Shown: one piece after another, positions 34,258-44,991 of the stretch | How the letters are laid out: each line of letters starts with the position of its first letter | Numbering within the stretch: position 1 is the stretch's first letter | Assembly (NCBI GenBank): GCA_964524005.1 | Contig: CAZGBK010000005.1 | Coordinates: forward strand, 5,615-69,614 | Direction of reading: 5' to 3' | DNA: 64,000 nt | Origin: an uncultured Enterobacteriaceae bacterium | Lineage (GTDB): Bacteria; Pseudomonadota; Gammaproteobacteria; Burkholderiales; UBA3065 | Program-made: the position numbers and the translations under genes | The notes under the pieces: model-generated | Told to the model about the DNA's origin: nothing | The model's input: only the letters and a program-made list of their open reading frames with translations | The model's database searches: none

Positions 34258-37200
34258 TCAAGCAGAGGCTTCGACGTCCGGCTCGTCGAACCAACGGTAG
34301 ATCGCCGGTACCACGACCAGCGTCAGCAGTGTCGAGGTGATCAGGCCGCCGATGACCACCACTGCCAGCGGTCGCTGCACTTCCGAGCCCGGGCCGGTGG
34401 CGAACAGGAAAGGCAGCAAGCCGAGCATGGCCACGGTTGCGGTCATCAACACCGGTCGGAAGCGCATCTTGGCCCCCTCGATCACGGCCTGTGCGACCGG
34501 CATGCCGTCCTGTCGAAGCGAGCGGATATAGCTGACCAGAACCACGCCGTTCAGTACCGCAATTCCCCACAGAGCGATGAAGCCGACCGAGGCCGGCACC
34601 GAAAGGTACTCGCCGGAGATCGCCAGGCCGAACACGCCGCCGATCGAGGCGAACGGCAGCACCAAGATGATCAGGCTGGCGTAGCGCACCGAGCCGAACA
34701 ACAAAAACAACAGGAAGAAGATGGCGGCGATGGTCACCGGTACGATCACCGACAAGTGGCCCAGCGCACGTTCCATGTTCTCGAACTGGCCGCCCCACTC
34801 GATGTAGTAGCCCTCGGGCAGGTTCACCTCGGCCTGAACGCGCTGCTGCAACTCGGCCACAAAACCACCCAGGTCGCGCCCCGAGACGTTCACCCCAACG
34901 ACGATCCGTCGCTTGGCCATCTCGCGACTGATTTGCGCCGGACCATCGCGGATCTCGATACGTGCCAAAGCCTCGAGCGGTACCAGGGCACCACCCGGCG
35001 TGTTGACCAGGATGTCGCCAATGGCAGCGGCGTCATCGCGGAAGGCTTCGGGCAGCCGCACGGTCGCCTCGAAACGGCGTTGGCCTTCGTAGATCTGCGT
35101 AGCCGCCTTGCCGCCAAGCGCCATCTCGACGATCTGGTTGATGTCGGCAACGTTCAAGCCGTAGCGGGCGATAGTGGCGCGATCGATGTCGATATTCAGG
35201 TACTGCTGACCACTGACCCGCTCGACGCGCAAGTCCCGCGCGCCCTCGGTATTGGATGCCACTCGTGCGATCTTGTTGGCGGTCTCGACCAGCGTGTCCA
35301 GATCGTCGCCGAACAGCTTGATGGCGACGTCGCTGCGAACACCGGTGACCAGCTCCGCCACCCGCTGCGCGATCGGTTGTGCCATGGCCACCGACACGCC
35401 CGGCAGGCCGCGCAGCTCGTCGCGAATGGCGTCGGCGATGTCCTCTTGGGTCCAGCCGTCGGGCCATTCATCCCGCGGTAGCAAGCTGACGATCGGCGTG
35501 CCCTCATTCTGCGACTGCGGATCCGCTGGCGACTCGCCGCGCCCGACCGCCGACACCACCGACTTCACACCGGGCACCTCAAGGACACGCCGAAGCATGT
35601 CCTGCTCCATCTTCACCGACTCTTCCAGCGAGATATTCGGCACCCGCGTCATTGCCGGAACGATCGAGCCTTCTTTCATCTCGGGGATGAACGCGGTCCC
35701 CAGAAAAGGCAGGGTCACGAGCGACAGGCCAAAGGCCGCCACCGCCATCAAGAAAGTCTTGCGGCTGTTGGCCACCGCCCAGCCAAGCATTGGTAGCCAT
35801 GGGCGCTTCAGGCCAGCGATCAGGCGGGTATCGTGCTCATTGCCACCCTTCAGGACGTAAGAGCAGAGCACCGGCGTCAGGGTCAGCGCGATCAGCAGCG
35901 ATACGGCGAGGGCGATAGCGATGGTGTAGGCCAAAGGCGCGAACATCTTGCCCTCCATGCCCTGCAGGGTCATCAGCGGCAGGAACACCAGGATGATGAT
36001 GCCGATTCCGAAGATCACCGGTGTAGCGACCTCTTTCACCGCCTCGAAGATGATGCGGATCTTGCGTTCGCCCTCGGCTGGCGCATGGGATAGGCGGGCA
36101 AAAGCGTTCTCGACCACCACCACCGAGCCGTCGATCATCAGGCCAATGGCGATCGCCAGGCCCCCCAGACTCATCAGGTTGGCCGACAGGCCGATCTGGT
36201 TCATCGCCATGAAGGTGATCAGCGGTGTGAGCAACAGTGTCGCCACCACCACCAGGCTCGAGCGCACGTCGCCAAGGAACAGGAACAGCACGATGATGAC
36301 GAAAATGATGCCCTCGATCAGCACCTTGATCACCGTGTTCAGGGCCGAGTCGACCAACTCCGAGCGGTCGTAATAAGGGACGATCTGTAGACCACCAGGC
36401 AACATCTTGCTGCTGTTGATCTCGTCGACCCGCTGCTTCACGCGGCTGACGATATCTTTGGCGTTGCCGCCGGCGACCATCATCACCACTGCCCCGACCG
36501 ATTCGGTGACGCCGTTTTTCACGACGGCACCGACACGTACCGCTTCGCCTTCCTGCACGCTCGCCACGTCGCGGATGTAGACCGGTGTCGCGCCCTCGTT
36601 CTTCAGCACGATGCTGCCGATGTCCTCGACCGTCCGCACCAGGCCATCGGTGCGGATCAGAAACTGTTCAGCATGCTGAGCTAGGACTCCGCCACCCGCG
36701 TTGGCATTGTTGGCTGCGAGCGCCTCGAACACCTGGTTGATGCTGACCCCGTAGTGCCGCAGGCGGTCTGGGTTGACGCGCACCTGGTACTGCTTGACGA
36801 AACCACCCTGCGAGTTGATCTCCGCGACGCCAGGGATCGAGCGCAGCAGGGGCCGCACGATCCAGTCCTGAATCGTCCGCCGCTCGGTCAATTCTTCACG
36901 CGTCAGTTCGCGATCGCCATCCCCGGGCATCTCGAGGGTGTACAGGTAGACCTCGCCAAGGCCGGTCGAGACCGGACCGAGTACTGGCGATACGCCATCT
37001 GGCATGCGGTCGCGCACGTCCATCAGTCGCTCCATGACCAGCTGCCGCGCGAAGTACACGTTGGTGCTGTCGGTGAACACCAGCGTGATCAATGACAGCC
37101 CGGGCTTGTTCAGCGAGCGCATCTCGGTCATGCCGGGCAGGCCGGTCATGGCGATCTCGATGGGGACCGTGACCAACCGCTCCATCTCGTCGGGTGAACG

Positions 37201-37365
37201 GCCAATGGCTTCCGTCGCGATCTGCACCTGGACATTGGTGACGTCGGGGAAGGCATCGACCGACAACTTGCGCGCGGCATCCAGCCCGAAGGCCAACAGG
37301 ACCAGGCTGATCACCACCAGCACCAGGCGCTGCTGGAGCGCACCGCGAATCAGAGCTTCGATCAT
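34258..37365 (-). CDS. czcA: CusA/CzcA heavy-metal efflux RND permease
   Basis: DAFPDVTNVQVQI, GPVSTGLGEV, ANLMSLGG..DGSVVVVEN, RFRPVLMTA, GSEVQRPLA. Confidence 0.93.
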   Translation of the reverse strand: MIEALIRGALQQRLVLVVISLVLLAFGLDAARKLSVDAFPDVTNVQVQIATEAIGRSPDEMERLVTVPIEIAMTGLPGMTEMRSLNKPGLSLITLVFTDSTNVYFARQLVMERLMDVRDRMPDGVSPVLGPVSTGLGEVYLYTLEMPGDGDRELTREELTERRTIQDWIVRPLLRSIPGVAEINSQGGFVKQYQVRVNPDRLRHYGVSINQVFEALAANNANAGGGVLAQHAEQFLIRTDGLVRTVEDIGSIVLKNEGATPVYIRDVASVQEGEAVRVGAVVKNGVTESVGAVVMMVAGGNAKDIVSRVKQRVDEINSSKMLPGGLQIVPYYDRSELVDSALNTVIKVLIEGIIFVIIVLFLFLGDVRSSLVVVATLLLTPLITFMAMNQIGLSANLMSLGGLAIAIGLMIDGSVVVVENAFARLSHAPAEGERKIRIIFEAVKEVATPVIFGIGIIILVFLPLMTLQGMEGKMFAPLAYTIAIALAVSLLIALTLTPVLCSYVLKGGNEHDTRLIAGLKRPWLPMLGWAVANSRKTFLMAVAAFGLSLVTLPFLGTAFIPEMKEGSIVPAMTRVPNISLEESVKMEQDMLRRVLEVPGVKSVVSAVGRGESPADPQSQNEGTPIVSLLPRDEWPDGWTQEDIADAIRDELRGLPGVSVAMAQPIAQRVAELVTGVRSDVAIKLFGDDLDTLVETANKIARVASNTEGARDLRVERVSGQQYLNIDIDRATIARYGLNVADINQIVEMALGGKAATQIYEGQRRFEATVRLPEAFRDDAAAIGDILVNTPGGALVPLEALARIEIRDGPAQISREMAKRRIVVGVNVSGRDLGGFVAELQQRVQAEVNLPEGYYIEWGGQFENMERALGHLSVIVPVTIAAIFFLLFLLFGSVRYASLIILVLPFASIGGVFGLAISGEYLSVPASVGFIALWGIAVLNGVVLVSYIRSLRQDGMPVAQAVIEGAKMRFRPVLMTATVAMLGLLPFLFATGPGSEVQRPLAVVVIGGLITSTLLTLVVVPAIYRWFDEPDVEASA

Positions 37366-37377
37366 CGCAGGTGCGCC

Positions 37378-38553
37378 TTAGAGGTTGCTGCTGTTGCGTT
37401 CGTTGTTCAGGTGGAACGCACCCTCCACCACCACCTTTGCGCCCGGTTCGAGTCCTCGTACCACTGGACGCACCTCGCGCCCTTCGGCGTCTTCAGCGAT
37501 ATGTCCCAGCTTGACCGGGACCAGGCGGTACTCGTTCGGGCCAACCACAATGAACACATGGTCGGCATTGTTTTCGCGCACCACCGCCGAAGGCGGCACT
37601 GCCAGAGCCTCGAGCGGCTTGGTACCGATCATCACTGTCGCCAGCATGGCCGGTTTGAGGGTGCGATCGGCGTTGTCCAGCTCGGTCCGCACCAGGATGG
37701 TCCGGGTATCCGGATTGACGGTGTCCGAGATGAATACCAGTTTGCCTTCGCGCCGCTTGGCGAGAGCCGGGATGTCGATAGCGACCGCCTGACCCAGCTG
37801 GACTCCGCGCGCCTCCTGCTCCGGGATCTCGGCGACGACGCGCAATCGGGACAGGTCGGCGACGACGAACAGGGTGTCCGAAGGCTGCACCACCTGTCCG
37901 AGTGCCACATTGCGCTCGACCACTGTCCCTGACTGCGTCGACAACACCGGCTTGACCGAGCTGATCGCGCCAGAGTCTTCGATGCGCCGCATGGCCTCGT
38001 CCCCCAAACCAAGCTGGCGCAGTTGATCGCTGGCCGCGCGTTTCTCCGCCTCGGCGACCTCCAGCTCGTTTTGCCGGCGCTGCAGCTCGGCGCTACCGAT
38101 GACGTCAGCCTCGAGCAGGGCGCGCGCACGCTCTACACTGCGCGTCATCAGTTGGACTTGGGCATGAGCCTTCAGATAAGCCAACTGAACGCTGCTCAGA
38201 TCGCTACTGGTCAAAGTCGCTAGACGCGACCCACGCTGAACGGTCTGGCCGATCACCACATCGATCGCCGCTACCCGTCCCGGTACCGTGGTGCCGACGC
38301 GAGCCAGCGTCAGCTCATTGAAATCGACACGACCGGCGACGCGGACGACCTCGCGCAGCGACTGTGGCTGCACCTCGATGTGGCTGACCGGCACACCGAA
38401 GTCTTCGGCGATGCTGACCAACATCGGGTCGCGCGGCGCTGCCGCAGGCGGCGGCGGCGGGGGCTCGGAGCACGCGATCAAAAGGGTGCCAGCCAGTGCT
38501 GCAGCGAGCACCGAGGTACAGCGGGACGCAGCCGATATCATCAAAGGTCTCAT
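37378..38553 (-). CDS. czcB: RND periplasmic adaptor subunit (CzcB-like)
   Basis: Lipobox-like LIAC, barrel-sandwich and hairpin, VNPDTRT, LKPAML. Confidence 0.88.
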   Translation of the reverse strand: MRPLMISAASRCTSVLAAALAGTLLIACSEPPPPPPAAAPRDPMLVSIAEDFGVPVSHIEVQPQSLREVVRVAGRVDFNELTLARVGTTVPGRVAAIDVVIGQTVQRGSRLATLTSSDLSSVQLAYLKAHAQVQLMTRSVERARALLEADVIGSAELQRRQNELEVAEAEKRAASDQLRQLGLGDEAMRRIEDSGAISSVKPVLSTQSGTVVERNVALGQVVQPSDTLFVVADLSRLRVVAEIPEQEARGVQLGQAVAIDIPALAKRREGKLVFISDTVNPDTRTILVRTELDNADRTLKPAMLATVMIGTKPLEALAVPPSAVVRENNADHVFIVVGPNEYRLVPVKLGHIAEDAEGREVRPVVRGLEPGAKVVVEGAFHLNNERNSSNL

Positions 38554-39791
38554 TCGGAAAGGGTTCGGGAAGCGAGCAGGCGGTCGACCTCGATGCGAGC
38601 GGCCTCGAGATCGAAACGGGCGACGATCAGGTCATTGCGAACGGCACGGAACACGCGCCGTGCATCGAGCAGGTCGAGAATGCCGCGCTCGCCGAAACGG
38701 TAGGCCGATTCAGCGACGCGCAGGGCCGATTCGGCCTCGCGGACAATTCCACCCTCGAGCGCAGTGACCTGGTTGCGGGCGATGTCGTACTGCCGCCAAG
38801 CCGACTCCAGCGCCTGACTCAGCGTGAAGCGTCGATGCTCCAGACTGTTGCGGCTGCGGGACAGCTGGGCGGTCGCCTCGGCCACGGGGCCAGCCCGGCG
38901 ATCCCAGATCGGGATGGTAACGGTCAGGCCGATGCGGTTGTTGTCGAGCTCGGGCTCGCGGTCTTGGATGGCCCGCACTGCGACCTCGGGCATCCGCCGT
39001 GCCCGCTCGAGCCGTAGCTGTTGATCGGCGCGATCGGCAGCCGCATTCAGCGCCACCAGCTCGGGGTTCTCCTGCAACAACCGCTCGACCAGCGACTCCA
39101 GCGGCGGCAGTGCACGTGGCTCGGACCAGTCACCGGCGATGCCGAACTCGGCTGGCAGCTCTTCGGCGACCAGGGCGCGGATCGCGACCTGTGCCTGCCG
39201 CGTCCGCAGAGCGGCGCTCTGTTCGGCCTTTTGCGCATTCAACCATTCGGCCTCGGCTCGGATCAGCTCGAAACGTGGCGCCTCGCCGACGTCGACGCGG
39301 ACCTTGACCTTGTCGCGGATCGAATCGGCCAACTCGAGGTCTTCGCGCGCAGCTTGCAGTTCCTCCTGCCGCTGCAGCATGGCGTAGAAGGCGATACGCA
39401 GATCCGCCAGCAGGCGATTCTCGGTGCTGCGAAGGTCGGCCGACGAGCCACGCGCGGCGGCCTCGGCAGCGCTGATGCGAGCGTCCCGCTGCCAAGGGTT
39501 GTCGATGCGCTGAGTGATCGCCAGCGTACGCGCGTTGCCAGCAACAGGGCCGGGCAGTCGGCCACTGACCTGGCCGAACAGCAGCTCGGCTTCGGGGTTA
39601 GGGTAAGCACGGGCGGTGACGATGCCGGCGGCGGTCGCCTCGACACCGTCGCGTGCTGCCGCAAGGGCCCGGTTCGACCCAAGCGCCATCTGTTGCAGTG
39701 CATCAAGCGTGTAAACAGGGGGGGCAGCGTAGGCGGTGGCGAAGCAAAAGCCACCGACAAAGGCCGCTAGAACGCGGGAAAAGACTGGCAT
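38550..39791 (-). CDS. czcC: TolC-family outer membrane factor (CzcC-like)
   Basis: AYPNPE, GEAPRFELIRAE, IPIWDRRAG, AYRFGERGILDLLDARR. Confidence 0.88.
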   Translation of the reverse strand: MPVFSRVLAAFVGGFCFATAYAAPPVYTLDALQQMALGSNRALAAARDGVEATAAGIVTARAYPNPEAELLFGQVSGRLPGPVAGNARTLAITQRIDNPWQRDARISAAEAAARGSSADLRSTENRLLADLRIAFYAMLQRQEELQAAREDLELADSIRDKVKVRVDVGEAPRFELIRAEAEWLNAQKAEQSAALRTRQAQVAIRALVAEELPAEFGIAGDWSEPRALPPLESLVERLLQENPELVALNAAADRADQQLRLERARRMPEVAVRAIQDREPELDNNRIGLTVTIPIWDRRAGPVAEATAQLSRSRNSLEHRRFTLSQALESAWRQYDIARNQVTALEGGIVREAESALRVAESAYRFGERGILDLLDARRVFRAVRNDLIVARFDLEAARIEVDRLLASRTLSE

Positions 39792-39941
39792 GTTCCGCCT
39801 AAGAAAGGTTTGGTCAGATGTTAGCGCAAACCACCAGCTGCGAGTTGACACGCGCCGCCTGCGGCAGCGCATCAGCCGGCGCCAGAGAGGACCGCGCGCT
39901 ATACTCGGCACCTCCGCTCGACCCCAGCTGAAGACACCACA

Positions 39942-41111
39942 GTGACCCAGCCGTTCCGTTCGCGCATCGCAAACTTGCGCCGTTTATCTGTTGGCCTTTG
40001 TGCGGCGCTGTTCGCCGCCCTGCTCATGCCGCCCACCGCTGCCGTCGCCAACGACCTGCCCGACGTCGCCGCCCGCGCCTGGGTCCTCTACGACGCCAGA
40101 GCGGCGCAGGTACTGGCTTCTGACCGTGCCGACGAGCGCTTCGAGCCGGCATCCCTGACCAAGCTGATGACCGCCTACCTGACTTTCCAGGCGCTGCAGC
40201 GTGGCGAATTGAAGCGTGAACAGACGATCGCCGTCTCGTCTGCGGCGATGCAGGCCCCAGGCTCGCGCATGTTCATCGACAGTCGCCGACCACCCACCGT
40301 CGACCAGCTGCTGCACGGCCTGATCGTGCAGTCGGGCAATGACGCCGCGGTGGCCCTTGCCGAAGCCCTTGCCGGCAGCGAAGCGGACTTTGCCAAGCGC
40401 ATGAATGATCAGGCGCGACGCCTGGGCTTGCGCAACACCCGCTTCGTCAATGCGAGCGGCCTGCCCGATCCTGGCCATTACAGCTCCGCGGCGGACATGG
40501 CGCGCCTGGCGGCAGCCCTGATCCGCGACTTTCCGGCCGACTACCGGTTGTACTCGGTGCGCGAATACACCTACAACGGCATCACGCAGAGCAATCGCAA
40601 TCGCCTGTTGTTTGCCGACCCGAGCGTCGACGGCATGAAGACCGGTCACACCAGCTCGGCCGGTTATTGCCTGGTCAGCTCGGCCAAGCGCGGCGAACGT
40701 CGACTGATCGCGGTGGTACTGGGCACCGCCTCGGACTCGGCACGCACCAGCGAGAGCCAACGGCTGCTCAATCTGGGCTTCACCCGCTGGGACACACTGG
40801 AGATTGGCGCCAAGGGCAAGCCCGTTGCGCAGGCGCGAGTGTGGAAAGGCCGTGACCAAGAGGTCGCGGTCACGCTTGCCAGTGCAGCGCTGGTCGCCCT
40901 GCCGCGGGGCAGCAAAGACGAGGTGCGGCCGGTGGTCGAGCTGCAACGCTACGTGGTCGCACCGGTGAGCGCTGGGCAAGAGATCGGGCGCCTGCGGGTC
41001 GAGGCCGGTGGACAAACGGTCGCCGAGTTTCCGCTGGTAGCGCGCAAGGCGATCCCGGTCGGCGGCGTGTTCCGTCGCCTGCTCGACACCGCGCTTCTGT
41101 GGTTCCACTGA
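39942..41111 (+). CDS. D-alanyl-D-alanine carboxypeptidase PBP5/6 (S11)
   Basis: PASLTKLM, SGNDA, DGMKTGHT. Confidence 0.93.
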   Translation: MTQPFRSRIANLRRLSVGLCAALFAALLMPPTAAVANDLPDVAARAWVLYDARAAQVLASDRADERFEPASLTKLMTAYLTFQALQRGELKREQTIAVSSAAMQAPGSRMFIDSRRPPTVDQLLHGLIVQSGNDAAVALAEALAGSEADFAKRMNDQARRLGLRNTRFVNASGLPDPGHYSSAADMARLAAALIRDFPADYRLYSVREYTYNGITQSNRNRLLFADPSVDGMKTGHTSSAGYCLVSSAKRGERRLIAVVLGTASDSARTSESQRLLNLGFTRWDTLEIGAKGKPVAQARVWKGRDQEVAVTLASAALVALPRGSKDEVRPVVELQRYVVAPVSAGQEIGRLRVEAGGQTVAEFPLVARKAIPVGGVFRRLLDTALLWFH

Positions 41112-41124
41112 CAGCAGTGCTTGC

Positions 41125-41964
41125 ATGACCACCGCCTACCTCAATGGCCAGTTTCTGCCGCTCGAACAAGCGCAGGTACCGGCTCTGGACCGCGGCTTTC
41201 TGTTTGGTGATGGTGTCTACGAGGTGATCCCGGTCTATGGACGACGCCCGTTCCGCCTTGACCGCCATCTTGCTCGCTTGCAGAACAGCTGCGACGGCAT
41301 CCGTCTGGTCAACCCACACACCGCCACCGAGTGGCAGACGCTGGTCGGCGAACTGATCAGCCGGCAAGATTTCGCCGACCAGAACCTCTACCTGCACGTC
41401 ACTCGTGGCGTGGCCCGACGCGATCACGCTTTTCCGGCCAAGGCCCCCAGCACCATCTTCATGATGAGTAATCCGCTGGTCACACCGACACCCGAACAGT
41501 TCGAGGCCGGCGTGAGCGCCGTCACCACTGCCGACAACCGCTGGCTGCGCTGCGATATCAAGTCGATCGCCCTGCTGGCCAATGTGCTGCTGCGCCAGGT
41601 GGCGGTCGACGCCGGTGCCACCGAGGCGGTGCTGTTGCGCGACGGTGTGCTCACCGAAGGCGCTGCCAGCAATATCCTGGTCGTACGCGGCGGCGTTATT
41701 TTGGCGCCGCGCCGCGACCATCTGCTGCTGCCTGGCATCACTTACGACACGGTGATCGAGCTGGCCCGTGCGCATGGCATGCCGATCGAGGTGCGCGATA
41801 TCAGCGAAGCCGAACTACGCAGTGCCGACGAGCTATGGATGACCTCGTCGACCAAGGAGATCCTGCCGATCACCCGGCTCGATGGCGCGGTGGTAGGCAG
41901 CGGCCGGGCCGGGCCGATAGCACGCACCATGTTGGCCCATTATCAGGCTCTGAAAGCCGCCTGA
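41125..41964 (+). CDS. dat: D-amino acid aminotransferase (class IV)
   Basis: DRGFLFGDGVYEV, RWLRCDIKSIALL, TEGAASN, LPGIT. Confidence 0.88.
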   Translation: MTTAYLNGQFLPLEQAQVPALDRGFLFGDGVYEVIPVYGRRPFRLDRHLARLQNSCDGIRLVNPHTATEWQTLVGELISRQDFADQNLYLHVTRGVARRDHAFPAKAPSTIFMMSNPLVTPTPEQFEAGVSAVTTADNRWLRCDIKSIALLANVLLRQVAVDAGATEAVLLRDGVLTEGAASNILVVRGGVILAPRRDHLLLPGITYDTVIELARAHGMPIEVRDISEAELRSADELWMTSSTKEILPITRLDGAVVGSGRAGPIARTMLAHYQALKAA

Positions 41965-41986
41965 ACGGCTCCACCGCAGCCCGACC

Positions 41987-42256
41987 ATGAGCGCCAGCGA
42001 CGACAGCCTGATCGACTACCCCTGCGACTTTCCGATCAAGATCATGGGGCTGGCCGCCGATGGCTTCGCCGCCGCCGTTGGCGTCGTGGTCAAGGCCCAC
42101 GTGCCAGGCTTCGACCCAAACAGCATCAGCGCACGCGCATCGGCGCAAGGCCGCTACTTGGCGTTGACCTGCGTCGTGCGTGTCGAGTCACGAGAGCAGC
42201 TCGACAACCTCTACCGCGACCTCAGCACGCACCCGGCGGTCACCTTGGTGCTGTAA
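41987..42256 (+). CDS. ybeD: YbeD/DUF493 family protein
   Basis: LIDYPCDFPIKIMG, SREQLDNLYRDL; dac-dat-ybeD-lipB synteny. Confidence 0.9.
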   Translation: MSASDDSLIDYPCDFPIKIMGLAADGFAAAVGVVVKAHVPGFDPNSISARASAQGRYLALTCVVRVESREQLDNLYRDLSTHPAVTLVL

Positions 42257-42294
42257 GTGATGCACACCGCCGCGACACGCCTGGAGCCCTGCCA

Positions 42295-42921
42295 ATGAGT
42301 CCAGGGTATCCAGCGCCGGTGGTGCGCGATCTGGGCGCCGATCAGCCTTACGCGGCCGTCTGGCAGGCGATGCGCTCGCACTGTGCCGCGCGCCACGCTG
42401 GGTCGGCCGACGAACTCTGGTGGCTGCAGCATGCGCCGGTCTATACCCAAGGCAAGGCCGGGCGCGACGAACATCTGCGTGAGCCGCTGCCGGCACCTCT
42501 GGTGCATAGCGACCGCGGTGGCCAAGTGACCTGGCATGGCCCTGGACAGCTGGTTATCTACACCCTGTTAGACCTCCACCGGCTTGCTCTGACTGCGCGC
42601 GGCGCGGTGAGCCTGCTCGAGACCGCCGTGATCAGCGCTCTGGCCACCGCCGGCATCGCCGCCGAGCCGCGCGCGAATGCCCCCGGGGTCTACGTCGATG
42701 GTGCGAAGGTCGCTTCGCTCGGGCTGCGCGTCAGCCGCGGCTGTTGCTATCACGGTCTGGCGCTGAACGTCGATTGCGACCTGGCCGCCTTCGCCGCCAT
42801 CGACCCTTGTGGTCAGCGCGGCTTGGCTGTCACGCGCACTTGCGACCTCGGTTGCGGAGACGACGTGACCCACTGGGCTGAACGTCTATTACCCGAGCTG
42901 CTGGAGCGACTGCCGGGCTGA
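42295..42921 (+). CDS. lipB: Lipoyl(octanoyl) transferase
   Basis: LQHAPVYTQG, DRGGQVTWHGPGQLV, KVASLGLRV, HGLALNV, IDPCG. Confidence 0.95.
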   Translation: MSPGYPAPVVRDLGADQPYAAVWQAMRSHCAARHAGSADELWWLQHAPVYTQGKAGRDEHLREPLPAPLVHSDRGGQVTWHGPGQLVIYTLLDLHRLALTARGAVSLLETAVISALATAGIAAEPRANAPGVYVDGAKVASLGLRVSRGCCYHGLALNVDCDLAAFAAIDPCGQRGLAVTRTCDLGCGDDVTHWAERLLPELLERLPG

Positions 42922-42986
42922 CACAAGGCCACCCTTCAAGCGCGGGGCCGAGTCTGCCGATAGCGGAGGGGTCGAGAGACCCGCCG

Positions 42987-44984
42987 ATGCCCGATCCCGC
43001 CCTGCCTGTCGCCCTTGTCCTGCTATGGCTCGTCGCCACCGCCGCCGCTGCGTTGGTGGTGTATCGCGTGCTGCATCGGCACGATACGGAACGCATCGCC
43101 GAGCTCGAGCGTGCCAAGTGTCGACTCGAATCGGAAGCACTCGACCTGGCCGAACAAACCACTCGCGAATTGCGCACCAACGAATTGCGCCATCGTCTCA
43201 TCATGGAAGGTGCCGGCGTCGGCTTCTGGGAATGGGACACCCAGCGCGACGAGGTGCGCACCGAGGGTGGTCTACCCGACCAGTCAGGCTTTGTGCTGGA
43301 TTCCCTGACCCTGCCATCGAATGTCTGGTTCGGCAATGTCCATGGCGATGATCAGGCGCAAATGTGGCAACGGCTCGATGCTCACATGCGCGGCGAGACA
43401 ACAGCCTTCGAGGCCGAGTACCGTATCCAGACCAACGACCGCCAGTGGCGCTGGGTGATGGCCCGCGCGCAGGTGGTTGAACGCGACGAGGCAGGCAAGG
43501 CGCGGCGCGTCAGCGGTACGCAGATCGATATCGACACGCGCAAGCGCGCCGAGCTGGCGCTGGAAGAAGAGCGCCGATTGTTCAACGCTGGCCCGGTGAT
43601 CGTCACCCATGTCCTGCTGGGCGAGCAACCGCGCTACACCTACTTTTCCAGCAACGTCTGCGAGCTGTGGGGCTATCCGACGGAATTTGCGCAGCGGGGC
43701 ATCCTGCGCGCCGACCTGGTCCATCCCGAGGACCTCGAACGCAAACGTCGGCAATACGAGCAGCACATCAGCACCGGCGTGACCCGCTTCGAAACCGAGC
43801 TGCGTTATCGCATGGCCGACGGCAGTTACCGCTGGCATGCCTTGTATGGACATCTGGTGCGACTGGGCGAGGTGCCAGAGATGGTCGGCTACCTGATCGA
43901 CATCGAGACACGCAAACAGGCCGAGACACGCTCGCATCTACAGCAAGCCCGGCTGGAGGAGCTGGTGAACGAGCTGCGCGACTCGGAGCACGAGCGCACC
44001 CTGCTGCACCAGACTGGCGACATGCTGAACTCGAGTACCCATATGGACGAAGCCTGTGCCGTGGTGCAGCGCACCGCGCAGCGGCTATTCCCTGGCTGGA
44101 GCGGCGGCATTGCAACGGTGGGGCTTGGCGGTGAGCTTGACCTGCGAACCCATTGGGGCACGGCGCAGCTTTGTCCACAGTTCAGCGGCATCGACTGTTG
44201 GGCGCTGCGACGCGGCCGCAGCTACGCCTTCCTCGATGCCCAACGCAGCATCGCCTGCGCTCACCACGCCGCAGCACCTACGCTGCCAACCCTGTGCGTC
44301 CCCATGGTCGCTAACGGCGAACTGATCGGTTCACTGCATCTGCAAGCCGACAGCGCCGTCGATGAGGCGACCGTCGAGCGCACCCTGCAGGGTGCCGAGC
44401 GCTTGGCTGAGACGCTTAACCTGTCGCTATCCAACCTGCGCCTGCGGGCATCGCTGCAAGAACAAGCCGTGCGCGATGGCTTGACCGGCCTACACAACCG
44501 CCGCTACCTGAACGAGCGCTTGCCAGCCGAGCTACAGCGCTGCAAGCGCGGGCGCCAGCCCTTGGCGCTGGCGATGATCGATATCGACCATTTCAAGCGC
44601 TTCAATGACAGCCATGGCCACGAGGCTGGAGATCTGGTGTTGGCGGCGATCTCGCGCTGTCTGATCGAGAACCTGCGCGCCTACGATCTCGCTTGCCGCT
44701 ATGGCGGCGAGGAGTTCTGTCTAGTCCTGTCCGGATGCGACCTGGTGTCGGCGAGCGAGCGCTTGGAGACGATCCGCAGCGCCGCCCACCGCCTACGCAT
44801 CCGCCATGGCGACGCCACGCTCCCAGCGGTCACGCTGTCCGCTGGCCTGGCTGCCGCTCACCCGGGGGAGACCCCGGTACAACTGATCAGCCGCGCCGAC
44901 GCTGCGCTCTACGCCGCCAAAGCCGCCGGCCGCGACCGTATCCATCATGCCGCGGAGCCCGCACTGGAACGCCGGGTCGGCTAG
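42987..44984 (+). CDS. Membrane-anchored PAS-PAS-GAF diguanylate cyclase
   Basis: N-terminal TM, two PAS/PAC units, GAF (CWALRRG), DGLTGLHNRR, DIDHFK, intact GGEEF and RxxD I-site (RAYD). Confidence 0.9.
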   Translation: MPDPALPVALVLLWLVATAAAALVVYRVLHRHDTERIAELERAKCRLESEALDLAEQTTRELRTNELRHRLIMEGAGVGFWEWDTQRDEVRTEGGLPDQSGFVLDSLTLPSNVWFGNVHGDDQAQMWQRLDAHMRGETTAFEAEYRIQTNDRQWRWVMARAQVVERDEAGKARRVSGTQIDIDTRKRAELALEEERRLFNAGPVIVTHVLLGEQPRYTYFSSNVCELWGYPTEFAQRGILRADLVHPEDLERKRRQYEQHISTGVTRFETELRYRMADGSYRWHALYGHLVRLGEVPEMVGYLIDIETRKQAETRSHLQQARLEELVNELRDSEHERTLLHQTGDMLNSSTHMDEACAVVQRTAQRLFPGWSGGIATVGLGGELDLRTHWGTAQLCPQFSGIDCWALRRGRSYAFLDAQRSIACAHHAAAPTLPTLCVPMVANGELIGSLHLQADSAVDEATVERTLQGAERLAETLNLSLSNLRLRASLQEQAVRDGLTGLHNRRYLNERLPAELQRCKRGRQPLALAMIDIDHFKRFNDSHGHEAGDLVLAAISRCLIENLRAYDLACRYGGEEFCLVLSGCDLVSASERLETIRSAAHRLRIRHGDATLPAVTLSAGLAAAHPGETPVQLISRADAALYAAKAAGRDRIHHAAEPALERRVG

Positions 44985-44991
44985 CGCTGTG

